This document shows positions 23,341-35,410 of a DNA stretch of 64,000 nucleotides, piece by piece. This DNA is from Chiloscyllium plagiosum. Lineage: Eukaryota. The notes under the pieces are model-generated. The model made no database searches. It was not told the DNA's origin and saw only the letters and a list, made by a program, of their open reading frames with translations. A program made the position numbers and the translations under genes. The stretch covers positions 34,899,992 to 34,963,991 of the forward strand of contig NC_057720.1 in the NCBI RefSeq assembly GCF_004010195.1. The letters are read 5' to 3'. Positions within the stretch are counted from its first letter, which is position 1; each line of letters starts with the position of its first letter.

Positions 23341-24693
23341 GTCATAGAGTCATAGAGATGTACAGCATGGAAACAGACCCTTCGGTCCAACCCGTCCATG
23401 CCGACCAGATATCCCAACCCAATCTAGTCCCGCCTGCCAACAAACGGCCCATATCACTCCAAAACCTTCCTATTCATATACCCATCCAAATGCCTCTTAA
23501 ATGTTGCAATTGTACCAGCCTCCACCACATCCTCTGGCAGCTCATTCCATACACGTAACACCCTCTGCATGAAAAGGTTGCCCCTTTGATCTCTTTTATA
23601 TCTTTCCCTCTCACCCTAAACCTATGCTCTCTAGTTCTGGACTCACCGACCCCAGGGAAAAGACTTTGTCTATTTATCCTATCCATGTCCCTCATAATTT
23701 TGTAAACCTCTCTAAGGTCATNNNNNNNNNNNNNNNNNNNNNNNNNNNNNNNNNNNNNNNNNNNNNNNNNNNNNNNNNNNNNNNNNNNNNNNNNNNNNNN
23801 NNNNNNNNNNNNNNNNNNNNNNNNNNNNNNNNNNNNNNNNNNNNNNNNNNNNNNNNNNNNNNNNNNNNNNNNNNNNNNNNNNNNNNNNNNNNNNNNNNNN
23901 NNNNNNNNNNNNNNNNNNNNNNNNNNNNNNNNNNNNNNNNNNNNNNNNNNNNNNNNNNNNNNNNNNNNNNNNNNNNNNNNNNNNNNNNNNNNNNNNNNNN
24001 NNNNNNNNNNNNNNNNNNNNNNNNNNNNNNNNNNNNNNNNNNNNNNNNNNNNNNNNNNNNNNNNNNNNNNNNNNNNNNNNNNNNNNNNNNNNNNNNNNNN
24101 NNNNNNNNNNNNNNNNNNNNNNNNNNNNNNNNNNNNNNCACAGGCCTCCAGTCTGAAAAACAACCCTCCACCACCACCCTCTGTCTACCTTTGAGCCATT
24201 TCTGTATCCAAATGACTAGTTCCCCCTGTATTCCATGCTAATCAGTCTCCCATGGGGAACCTTGTCGAATGCCTTACTGAAGTCCATATAGATCACATCT
24301 ACTGCTCTGCCCTCATCAATCTTCTTTGTTACTTTTTCAAAAAACTCATTCAAGTTTGTGAGACATGATTTCCCATGCACAAAGCCATGTTGACTTTCCT
24401 GAATCAGTCCTTGCCTTTCCAAATACATGTACATCCTGTCCCTCAGGATTCCCTCCAAGAACTTGCCCACCACCGAGTTCAGGCTCACCGGTCTATAGTT
24501 CCCTGGCTTGTCTTTACCGCCCTTCTCAAACAGTGGCACCATGTTTTCCAACCTCCAGTCTTCCGGCACCTCACCTGTGACTATCGATGATACAAATATC
24601 TCAGCAAGAGGCCCAGCAATCACTTCTCTAGCTTCCCACAGAGTTCTCAGGTACACCTCATCAGGTCCTGGGGTTTTATCCACCTTTAACCGT
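23341..24693 (-). mobile_element. 5'-truncated CR1 LINE (RT region, gap inside)
   Basis: ORF 24216-24683 'EVPEDWRLENMVPLFEKG..NYRPVSL..QHGF..YMDFSKAFDKVPH'; tail 'gtcatagagtcatagag'. Confidence 0.95.
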
Positions 24694-24721
24694 CCTTAGC
24701 AAATACCACTTTAGTCCTTAC

Positions 24722-25026
24722 CAAATACCACTGACATGAATCTCATGGATCGATATGTTTGGAATTTTGAAGATAAAACTTTGCTGTTTTCCAACCATGT
24801 TGCTACTCCCTGTTCAATGACATTTTTAATTATGTGTTTTGCCATTTCCTTTTCCAGCTTCTTTAACGATAAGATTTTCTGGATCTGTCCTTTTACCTCA
24901 TGTTTGGTTACTTCGTCTCGTACTTTATTTCTTCCTGTTTCAGCACTTGTCATATTCCTCTTGGTTACTTCCACTGTTGTAGTTGCTTTTGGTAAGCTCT
25001 TGCATGAAAATGGAGGCACAAGTGCA
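24722..25026 (-). CDS. Probable internal coding exon of an unidentified host gene (101 full codons, ALVPPFSCKS...RFMSVVF)
   Basis: Acceptor 'tcttctcttgttttcaaacag|T', donor 'TTTG|gtaagg'; 305 nt open frame (phase 2 in, phase 1 out) in AT-rich DNA; K/E-rich helical composition, unlike any repeat seen here. Confidence 0.6.
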
Positions 25027-25899
25027 CTGTTTGAAAACAAGAGAAGATATTTTCCCAGTGGTCCATAACTGATGGCTTGCAAGGTCATTTCAGCAGGACT
25101 TGAACATTTACCCCATTGTTATGAAACTGGAGGCATAAATAACCATGCAGGACACCAAATTTCTTTCCTTAAAGACATTCGTGAACCGGGTGGATATTTA
25201 CCACAATCCAGTTGTTACATGGTCATCATTACCAACACTAGTTTTTATTTTAGTTATATTTATCAGCTGAATTTAAATTCTGCAGCATAGTGGGAATTGA
25301 ATTTAGGCCTCTGAATTGTTAGTCCAGGTCTCTGAATGACAATTCCACCAACATGATCATATTGAAAATGTTGAGATGCAGACAAATACTGCAGTTTCTC
25401 CAATTATCTTTGGGGCACTGTTATTCCACAGTCTGTGGTCATTATGATCATTATTAGCAGCTATAACAATTTGTATTGTATAGCACCTATAACATCTGGT
25501 GAAAAGAGAGCTTCACACAAGCATAATCAGATAAAACTGGACACCAAAAAAAGTTACAACAGGTAAACAGAAGCTAGGTCAAAATGGAAGTTGCAAGGAG
25601 TGACATGAAGAAGAGAGAGGTAAAGGGTCATAATAGTTTAGGGAGGGAATCCCAGAGTTAGAACCAGGACATCTGAAGGTATGTTCAGCAGCACAGTGAA
25701 AGACTAGAGGAGGACAGAGCTTGCAGGGGATCGTAAGGCTGAACAACAGTTTAACGGCATGGAGGAGAAAGGCCACAGAAGAACTTGAACAAAGTAATAA
25801 TACATTTAAAATACAGCTTTGCTAAACAAGGGGGCAGAGTGGATCAGTGAGGACAGAACAGAAATGAAGGAATATACTTTCTCTGGATTCTCGTTATCT

Positions 25900-26700
25900 C
25901 ATTTCTGAAGGCTTCCCATTTTCCAGTCATCCCTTTACCTGCGAATATATGCCTCCAATCAGCTTTCAAAAGTTCTTGCCTAATACCGTCAAAATTGGCC
26001 TTTCTCCAATTCAAAACTTCAACTTTTAGATCTGGTCTATCCTTTTTCCATCATTATGTTAAATCTAATAGAATTATGGTCGCTGGCCCCAAAGTGACCC
26101 CACTGACACCTCAGTCACCTGCCCTGCCTTATTTCCCAAGAGTAGGTCAGGTTTTGCACCTTCTCTAGTAGGTACATCCACATACTGAATCAGAAAAGTG
26201 TCTTGTACACACTTAACAAATTCCTCTCCATCTAATCCCTTAACACTATGGCAGTCCCAGTATATGTTTGGAAAGTTAAAATCCCCTACCATAACCATCC
26301 TATTATTCTTACAGATAGCTGAGATCTCCTTAAAAGTTTGTTTCTCAATTTCCCTCTGACTATTGGGGGGTCTATAATACAATCTCAATAAGGTGAACAT
26401 CCCTTTCTTATTTCTCAGTTCCACCCAAATAACTTCCCTGGATGTATTTCCGGGAATATCCTCCTTCAGCACGGCTGTAATGCTATCCCTTATCAAAAAT
26501 GCCACTCCCCCTCTTCTCTTGCCTCCCTTTCTATCCTTCCCGTAGCACTTGTATCCTGGAACACTAAGCTGCCAGTCCTGCCCATCCCTGAGCCATGTGT
26601 CCGTAATTGCTATGATATCCCAGCCCCATGTTCCTAACTATGCCCTGAGTTCATCTGCCTCCCCTGTAAGGCCCCTTGCATTGAAATAAATGCAGTTTAA
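25900..26700 (-). pseudogene. CR1 ORF2 APE-type endonuclease remnant
   Basis: 'WVEL..YYRPPN..VGDFNFPNI..PTREGAKPDLLL'. Confidence 0.88.
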
Positions 26701-26822
26701 TTTATTAGTCCTACCTTGTCCCTGCCTGCCCTGACTGTTTGATTCACTTCTGTTTTCAACTGTGCCAGTCTCAGATTGATCTCTTTCCTCACTATCTCCC
26801 TGGGTCCCACCCCCTCACCGTA

Positions 26823-27752
26823 CTAGTTTAAATCCTCCCAAGCAGTTCTAGCAAATTTCCCTGCCAGTATATTAGTCCCCTTCCAATTTAGGTGCAATCC
26901 GTCCTTCTTGTACAGGTCACTTCTACCCAAAAAGAGATTCCAATGATCCAAAAATGTGAATCCTTCTCCCATACACCAGCTCCTCAGCCATGCATTCATC
27001 TGCTGTATCCTCCTATTCCTGCCCTCACTAGCTCGTAGCACTGGGAGTAATCCAGATATTACTACCTTTGAGGACCTCCTTTTTAAATTTCTGCCTAACT
27101 CTCTGTAATCTCCCTTCAGAATCTCAACCTTTTCCCTTCCTATGTCAATGGTTCCAATGTGGGCAATGACCTCTTGCTGGCCCCTCTCCCCCGTGAGAAC
27201 ATTCTGCATCCTCTCTGAGACATCCTTGATCCTGGCACCAGGGAAGCAACACACCATTCTGCTTTTTTGCTGCTGGCTACAGAAACGTCTGTACCTCGGA
27301 CTAGAGAATCGCCTAACACAATTGATCTCTTGGAACCCGACATACCCCTCGTTGCATTAGAGCCAGTCTCAATACCAGAAAATTGGTTGTTCGTGCTACA
27401 TTACCCTGTGAATCCATCACCCTCTACATTTTCCAAAACAGCATACCAGTTTGAAATGGGTATATCCACAAAAGACTCCTGCACTAGCTGCCTACCTCTC
27501 TTACCTTTCCTGGAGTTAACCCATCTATGTGACTGTATCTGAGACTTTCCCCCTTCCTATAACTGCCATCCATCACATACTGTTGCTGTTGCAAATTCCT
27601 CATTGCTTCTATCTGTCTCTCCAACTGATCCATTTGATCTGATAAGATTCACAGCCAACAACATTTATGGCAGATACAATCTGAGGTAACCCTTAAATTC
27701 TCTTTAAACTCCCAAATCCGACAAGAATACATATCACTCGATTAAAGGCCAT
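26823..27752 (-). pseudogene. CR1 ORF1 (N-terminal Cys motif plus SGNH/GDSL esterase), frameshifted
   Basis: ATG at 27752 (MAFNRVIC..; 'CICHKCCW'), 'IVLGDSLVR', 'CCFPGARI', 'HIGTIDI', 'DGLHLNWKG'. Confidence 0.88.
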
Positions 27753-30333
27753 TTTTGCTCCTTCACAATCTAGAGACCCAGAAAATAACACCGTCTTATT
27801 CCTCTACAAACACTACCCCAGGTTAAATTAATAATTATGGCTTATAGTTTAAGTTTAATCAAGAGACATATCTCCAAAAACATATAATCAATAAAGAACT
27901 CATTCTACTCCCTTCTGCAGATTCTCTGTAGGCCACACTTAAAAACAACGTTTAATTTATCTGATTCTGTGCTGTGAACTTCACCCAACAGTTCCTCCAG
28001 TTCCTTCAGACATGAGATAACAAGAATTCAGAGAAAGTATATTCCTGTCAGGGTGAAAGGAAAGGCCGGTAGGTGTAGGGAATGCTGGATGATGAAAGAA
28101 ATTGAAGGTTTCGTTAAGAAAAAGAAGGAAGCATATGTAAGGTATAGACAAGATAGATCGAGTGAATCCTTAGAAGAATGTAAAGGAAGTAGGAGTATAC
28201 TTAAGAGGGAAATCAGGAGGGCAAAAAGGGGACATGAGATATCTTTGGCAAATAGAATTAAGGAGAATCTAAAGGGTTTTTACAAATACATTAAGAACAA
28301 AAGGGTAACTAGGGAGAGAATAGAGCCCCTCAAAGATCAGCAAGGTGGCCTTTGTGTGGAGCCACAGAAAATGGGGGAGATAATAAATGAGTATTTTGCA
28401 TCTGTATTTACTGTGGAAAAGGATATGGAAGATATAGACTGAAGGGAAATAAATGGTGACATCTTGCAAAATGTCCATATTACAGAGGAGATATTGCTGG
28501 ATGTCTTGAAATGGGTAAAGGTGGATAAATCCACAGGACCTGATCAGGTGTACCCTAGAACTCTATGGGAAGCTAGAGAAGTGATTGCTAAACCTCTTGC
28601 TGAGATATTTGTATCATCAATAGTCACAGGTGAGGTGCCGGAAGCCTGGAGGTTGGCTAATGTGGTGCTACTGTTTAAGAAGAGTGGTAAGGACAAGCCA
28701 GGGAATTAAAGACCAGTGAGCCTGACATCGGTGGTGGGCAAGTTGGAGGGAATCCTGAGGGACAGGATGTACATGGAAAGGCAAGGACTGATTAAGGAAA
28801 GTCAACATGGCTTTGTGTGTGGGAAATCACGTCTCACAAACTTGATTGAGTTTTTTGATGAAGTAACAAAGAGGATTGATGAGGGCAGAGCAGTAGATGT
28901 GATCTATATGGACTTCAGTAAGGCATTCGACAAGGTTCCCCATGGGAAACTGATTAGCAAGGTTAGATCTCATGGAATACAGGAAAAACTAGCCATTAGG
29001 ATACAGAACTGGCTCAAAGGTAGAAGACAGAGGGTGGTGGTGGAGGGTTGTTTTTCAGACTGGAGGNNNNNNNNNNNNNNNNNNNNNNNNNNNNNNNNNN
29101 NNNNNNNNNNNNNNNNNNNNNNNNNNNNNNNNNNNNNNNNNNNNNNNNNNNNNNNNNNNNNNNNNNNNNNNNNNNNNNNNNNNNNNNNNNNNNNNNNNNN
29201 NNNNNNNNNNNNNNNNNNNNNNNNNNNNNNNNNNNNNNNNNNNNNNNNNNNNNNNNNNNNNNNNNNNNNNNNNNNNNNNNNNNNNNNNNNNNNNNNNNNN
29301 NNNNNNNNNNNNNNNNNNNNNNNNNNNNNNNNNNNNNNNNNNNNNNNNNNNNNNNNNNNNNNNNNNNNNNNNNNNNNNNNNNNNNNNNNNNNNNNNNNNN
29401 NNNNNNNNNNNNNNNNNNNNNNNNNNNNNNNNNNNNNNNNNNNNNNNNNNNNNNNNNNNNNNNNNNNNNNNNNNNNNNNNNNNNNNNNNNNNNNNNNNNN
29501 NNNNNNNNNNNNNNNNNNNNNNNNNNNNNNNNNNNNNNNNNNNNNNNNNNNNNNNNNNNNNNNNNNNNNNNNNNNNNNNNNNNNNNNNNNNNNNNNNNNN
29601 NNNNNNNNNNNNNNNNNNNNNNNNNNNNNNNNNNNNNNNNNNNNNNNNNNNNNNNNNNNNNNNNNNNNNNNNNNNNNNNNNNNNNNNNNNNNNNNNNNNN
29701 NNNNNNNNNNNNNNNNNNNNNNNNNNNNNNNNNNNNNNNNNNNNNNNNNNNNNNNNNNNNNNNNNNNNNNNNNNNNNNNNNNNNNNNNNNNNNNNNNNNN
29801 NNNNNNNNNNNNNNNNNNNNNNNNNNNNNNNNNNNNNNNNNNNNNNNNNNNNNNNNNNNNNNNNNNNNNNNNNNNNNNNNNNNNNNNNNNNNNNNNNNNN
29901 NNNNNNNNNNNNNNNNNNNNNNNNNNNNNNNNNNNNNNNNNNNNNNNNNNNNNNNNNNNNNAGGTGCTGGCAGGTGGGACTAGATTGGGTTGGGATATCT
30001 GGTCGGCATGGATGGGTTGGACCGAAGGGTCTGTTTCCATGCTGTACATCTCTATGACTCTATGACTCTAAATGATGGATAAATGGATTTGATGCAAGTT
30101 AGGATGCAGATAGCAGAGTTTTGTATGAATTCAAATATAAAGAAGCTGGGGGGGATTTAAGATGGCAGCGATCTGAGAAGATCACAATGCAGAGCTTCGC
30201 TTCACAGCAGGAGCAGGATGGTCCTTTAACCCACCCAACCAAGGTCATCAGGATTTCTTGGGGCGTTGGAAAGATTGTGGAGCCCCAAGAAACATTTGAA
30301 AATTGACTTACCTGTATTTTCAGCTGTCCAGAA

Positions 30334-30971
30334 ATGCCTAAAAAGGGAGGAGGAGCATCTGAGGCCAGGCCTGCAGCTCAGCCTGCAGCAGCCTTGGAGC
30401 CGATTACTATCCAGGACCTGGTGAACCAGCTCTCGAAATCTCGCGAGATGTTGGGGAAACAGATTGAAGAGAAGCTGGCTCCACTCTCTCTCATGCTGCA
30501 GAAGCATGATCAGCAGTTGGGAGACCTGGAAAAGAGGACGGATGAGGTGGAGCACAGGGTCACAGTGGTGGAAGCTGATGCCAGTTCATTCAAGGAAGAG
30601 ATCCAAGCCCTGAAGATGCAGGTTCGTAATTTGCGTGACCAAGTGGATGATCTTGAAAACAGGTGCAGGAGAAAAAACATTCGGATCATCAGTCTGCCTG
30701 AGGGTAAGGAAGGTGAGCGGAATTTGTTGAAGATTGGCTTCCGAAATTCCTTGACTTGGAGACTGGCATGAGAGGATTGAAGGTAGACAGGGCTCACTGG
30801 GTCGTAGCACGGAGGTCGGGTCTGGGTCAACGCCCTCGTCCTTTCCTGGTGCGGTTCCATCATTACCGGGATAAGGAGAGAGTCATGGAGGCTTCCAGAC
30901 TCCAGGGGAAGGATCCAAAGGCCCTAATTTACGAGGGGTCTAAGATCATGTTTTTTCAGGACTTTTCAGCG
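30334..30971 (+). pseudogene. L1 ORF1 (coiled coil plus RRM), frameshifted; end lies in the gap
   Basis: 'LRDQVDDLENRCRRKNIRIISLPE', 'VDRAHW..RPRPFLVRFHHYRDKE..IMFFQDFS'. Confidence 0.92.
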
Positions 30972-31630
30972 NNNNNNNNNNNNNNNNNNNNNNNNNNNNN
31001 NNNNNNNNNNNNNNNNNNNNNNNNNNNNNNNNNNNNNNNNNNNNNNNNNNNNNNNNNNNNNNNNNNNNNNNNNNNNNNNNNNNNNNNNNNNNNNNNNNNN
31101 NNNNNNNNNNNNNNNNNNNNNNNNNNNNNNNNNNNNNNNNNNNNNNNNNNNNNNNNNNNNNNNNNNNNNNNNNNNNNNNNNNNNNNNNNNNNNNNNNNNN
31201 NNNNNNNNNNNNNNNNNNNNNNNNNNNNNNNNNNNNNNNNNNNNNNNNNNNNNNNNNNNNNNNNNNNNNNNNNNNNNNNNNNNNNNNNNNNNNNNNNNNN
31301 NNNNNNNNNNNNNNNNNNNNNNNNNNNNNNNNNNNNNNNNNNNNNNNNNNNNNNNNNNNNNNNNNNTGCCTATTTATGGGCAGTTCGGGATGGGTAGTTG
31401 CCCCCTCCGGGCAGGGGGTGAATTCCCCTACTCAGCGCTATTGGCGCTTTATATGTTGGTTTGTTTTCTGGTTTTTGTTGTTTTTTATTTTTAATAATTT
31501 TGTATGTTTGTTAAATGTAGTGGTTTTAGTTAAGTAGTTTATATATTTGGTGGACCATGCGACACTAAGGCTCAGCAATTTGTGGTTTGGGTTCCTCCTC
31601 TCTGGAATTTAAATGCAATTGCAGAAGATT

Positions 31631-34600
31631 ATGACTAATGATTTGATTAAATGGTGTACCTGAAATATCAAGGGAAGTCACTCACCAATTAAGAGGAAGA
31701 AGGTACTCTTGAGTCTTAGAAAGAAGAAGGTGGATATTGCTTTGTTACAGGAGACACATTTGGATGACAAGGAGCATCTGAAATTACAGCAGAATGGCTT
31801 TGACCGAGTTTATTTTTCATCATTTAATACCAGAAGTAGGGGAGTGGCTATATTGGTAAGGAAAAATCTCTCAGTTAAATTGTTAGAATGTGTTAAAGAC
31901 ACATACGGGAGGTTTATAATTCTTAAAGCCTTGATAAATGGGGAAGAATATGGCATTTTAAATGTTTATTGTCCCCCAGCTCATCCTCTTAAATTCTTGG
32001 TAGATGCTTTTTCTAAACTGATAAGTCTCAAGTCTCGGCACATCATTATAGGGGGAGATTTTAAGTGCCTCATGGACCCCACAGTAGACAGGTTGCCTAA
32101 AGGTCCTTCGATACCCTCTGCACAAACTAAACAGTTATTGGGTCTGTGTGGGGAATTAGGGTTGGTGGACGTTTGGAAGTGTCTCCACCCTACAGGTAGG
32201 GATTTCACATTTTTCTCCAATCCGCACAGATGTCACACGAAGATTGATTTTTTTCTGACCCCTGCGGTAACCCTGGATCTGGTGGCATCCTGTACGATTG
32301 TTAATATTGCCATCTCTGATCATCCTGCAGTGTACCTCATGGTTAAAATTAAGGATGTTACAGTGGATTCAAGGTACTGGCGAATGGACCCCTTTACTCT
32401 CATGGACAGCAAGTTTGTGGAGTATTTCTCTAGGGAATTTCGGGCATTCCTAGACATCAACATAGGCTCGGTTGATAGCTCATCTGTTCTCTGGGAAACT
32501 GCCAAAGCTTATGCCAGGGGGTTAGTCATTTCATATTCCACAAGTAGGAAGCGGCAGAAGGGTGAGCAGCAACATCTCCTTGAAGCACGGTTGAAGGCAG
32601 CCGAGAAGGCCTATTTTGACAGAACCTCGTTGGTCAAACTACAGAGGATTACAGCACTGTGGTCTACACTAAATTCCATGCTCACGCAGACGGCAAAGAA
32701 GGAGCTGGCTTTTGCAAAACAAAGGTTATACGAGCATGGTGACAAGCAAGGCAAATACTTAGCATACCTTGCCAGAAAGTGAAGTGCCCCACAACCCATT
32801 ACAGCGACTAGGGAAAGATCTGGGAACCTAACATATGATTCTAAAAAGATTAATGTGGTGTTCCAGAGATTCTACTCTAAGTTATATCAGTCTGAGAATT
32901 GTGAGAAGGGGCAGGCCAAAATGGAATCCCTTTTTTAGAGATCTGAAGCTCCCGATCAACAGTCCTTTCTCAGAGCAAGAAGTGCAGGAAGCTGTGAGGC
33001 AGCTTCAGAGTGGAAAGGTGCCCAGTCCTGATGGACTTCCCAGTGAAATCTATAACGAATTTATAAGTATACTGTCAGGCCCGATGCTGAATATGTTTAA
33101 TGATTCATACAGTCATGTTTGTCTCCCACCATCTCTGAGAGAGGCCAATATTTCACTTATCCTTAAAAAAGGGAAGGATCCAGAAGACTGTGCTTCATAC
33201 AGGCCCATCTCGCTCTTAAATGTGGACTTTAAGATCCTCTCTAAGGTTCTTGCGTTAAGGCTGGAGACTGTGTTACCCTCCATTATTAAAGAGGATCAGA
33301 CAGGCTTCATAAAGGGTCGCAGATCCTCCAATAACATTAGGAGGCTTCTTAACATAATTCAAGCATGCCAACAGCAGTCAACACAGGGATTGGTGATTTC
33401 TTTAGATGCAGAGAAGGCATTAGACCAAGTTGAGTGGCCGTACCTTTTCTATACTCTAGACCGGTTTGGTCTGGGCGAAGTTCCCATAAGCTGGGTAAAG
33501 GTTCTCCACAGTGTACCTCTCGCTGCGGTCATTACCAATGGGGTACGATCAAGCAATTTTAATATTTCTAGGGGCAGCCGGCAGGGCTGTCCCCTTTCAC
33601 CATTACTTTTTACGTTGGTGATTGAACCGTTGGCAGAGGCCATTCGTGGGGATCTCAATATATCAGCTCCAGAAGTGGGGTCAAAATTACATAAGATCTC
33701 ACTGTGTACAGATGGTGTTCTAATTTTCTTGACAAATCCAGCAATCTCAGTACCTTGCCTGATACAATGCATTCACGCGTTTGGTGCTTTTTCAGGGTAT
33801 AAGATTAGTTTTGCTACATCAGAGGCTATACCTATGGGTGGTCTTACGAAAGAGTTGGCTCTTGAGAGTGACTATAGATTCCCATTTAGGTGGTCACAGG
33901 GGGGTTTTGTGTATTTGGGCATATTCATTACTCCAGTTCTGGATTGGCTGTTCAAAGCCAATTTTACTCAATTATTTGAAAAAATTAAACAAGATCTCCA
34001 AAGATGGGAGGCACTTCCAGTCTCATGGTTGGGTCGGATAGCACTTATTAAGATAAATGTTCTCCCTCGTTTGCTATACCCTTATACGGATGCTCCCCCT
34101 GATTTTCAATAAACAAACACTCAGGAGACTGAACAGTTGGTTCAGCTCCTTTATCTGGCACCGTAAACGGCCCCTCATTAAATTAGCCAAACTGCAGTTG
34201 CCTCACAGATTGGGGGGAGTAGACCTTCCGGACATTAAAAATTACCAATTAAGCTCACTTTTGACCTACGTAAGTGATTGGATTTGTGGGAACCCTCTTT
34301 CAATATGGCTAGATATCGAAGTCTCCCAGGCAAGGTGCCCCCTTACAAGTTTGCTGTTTTTGGACAAAGTGAGGACAGTTAGGGAAAATTGCCATAACCC
34401 AATAGTCATCAATATTGTTAAAGCATGGAGGGCAATTCGGCAGAGGGAAGGTAATATTGGCAAAACATCTTTGTTTACACCTTTAGTGGGTATGCCGAGT
34501 TTTCAACCAGGTGTGATAGATTCAGGATTTAAACTTTGGGAAGCTAGGGGTATATCTTGCATGGGTGATTTATTTGACGGAGATGTAATGATGTCCTTCG

Positions 34601-35410
34601 ATCAGTTAGTACGGAAGTACGAGTTACCTAATAGAGACCTCTTTCATTTTTTTCAAGTTAGGGATTTTATTCAAAAAAAGACCACACTTTTGACTAATCC
34701 CTACAAATCTGACATAAAAAGAGGGGTACTAAGGGCTAAGAGTACACTCTCTGTCAGTACTCTATATGACCAATTGGGGGGTGCCACCTCAGATGAGTCT
34801 GATCGACTCTGTAAGATGTGGGAAAGAGAGCTGGATGTTGAAGTTTCTTCAGAGGCATGGGAGGATATTTGGGAGAATGCAAGGAAGATATCAATTTGCA
34901 ATAGGACCCATGCTTTACAGGTGAAGATTCTCCACAGGGTCCACTTAGCCCCAGACTGTTTGTCAAAATTTAAACCAGGGGTATCTTCAGCATGTCCCAA
35001 GTGCAAGGTCTGTATGGGTACTCTTACCCATTGTCTTTGGTCTTGTGACAGGCTTCAAACATATTGGAGAGCTGTGATGGGTGCAATGGAGGATTTTAAG
35101 TGTAGGGGTGGAGAAGGACCCTATTTCGCTCCTTTTGGGCCTACCCATTGTATTTCCTGCAGACTCGCATAAGGAAAAACTTTTCAATATTCTTATATTC
35201 TGTGCAAGGAAGAATATCTTGCTAGGGTGGATATCCGAAAAACCCCCAGGCCTGTCGGGTTGGCAGAAGATTGTTATGGAGCATATTCCCCTGGATTTTC
35301 TCACAAATATGGTACACCACAAAACTGAGAATTTTTACAAGACATGGCAACCCTAAATGAAATACCTGGACACAGATTTATCTGCCACACTAACAAGGGC
35401 TTTTATATAG
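31631..35410 (+). pseudogene. L1 ORF2 (endonuclease, RT, zinc knuckle) with stops and frameshifts
   Basis: 'LLQETH', 'GGDF', 'ISDHPAV', 'YRPISLLNVDFKIL', 'RGSRQGCPLSPLLF'; the xADD motif is decayed to 'CTDG'; 'CPKC..GTLTHCLWSC'; premature TGA at 31661 and 32780. Confidence 0.95.

Larger units (their letters stand above)
25868..30069. mobile_element. Near-full-length CR1 LINE with inverted 5' half
   Basis: 25868-28000 carries 5'UTR, ORF1 and endonuclease on the minus strand; 28003-30069 carries the linker, RT and tail on the plus strand. About 43 nt are shared at the breakpoint. Probable TSD aaatgaagga (25862-25871) / aaatgatgga (30070-30079). Confidence 0.88.
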
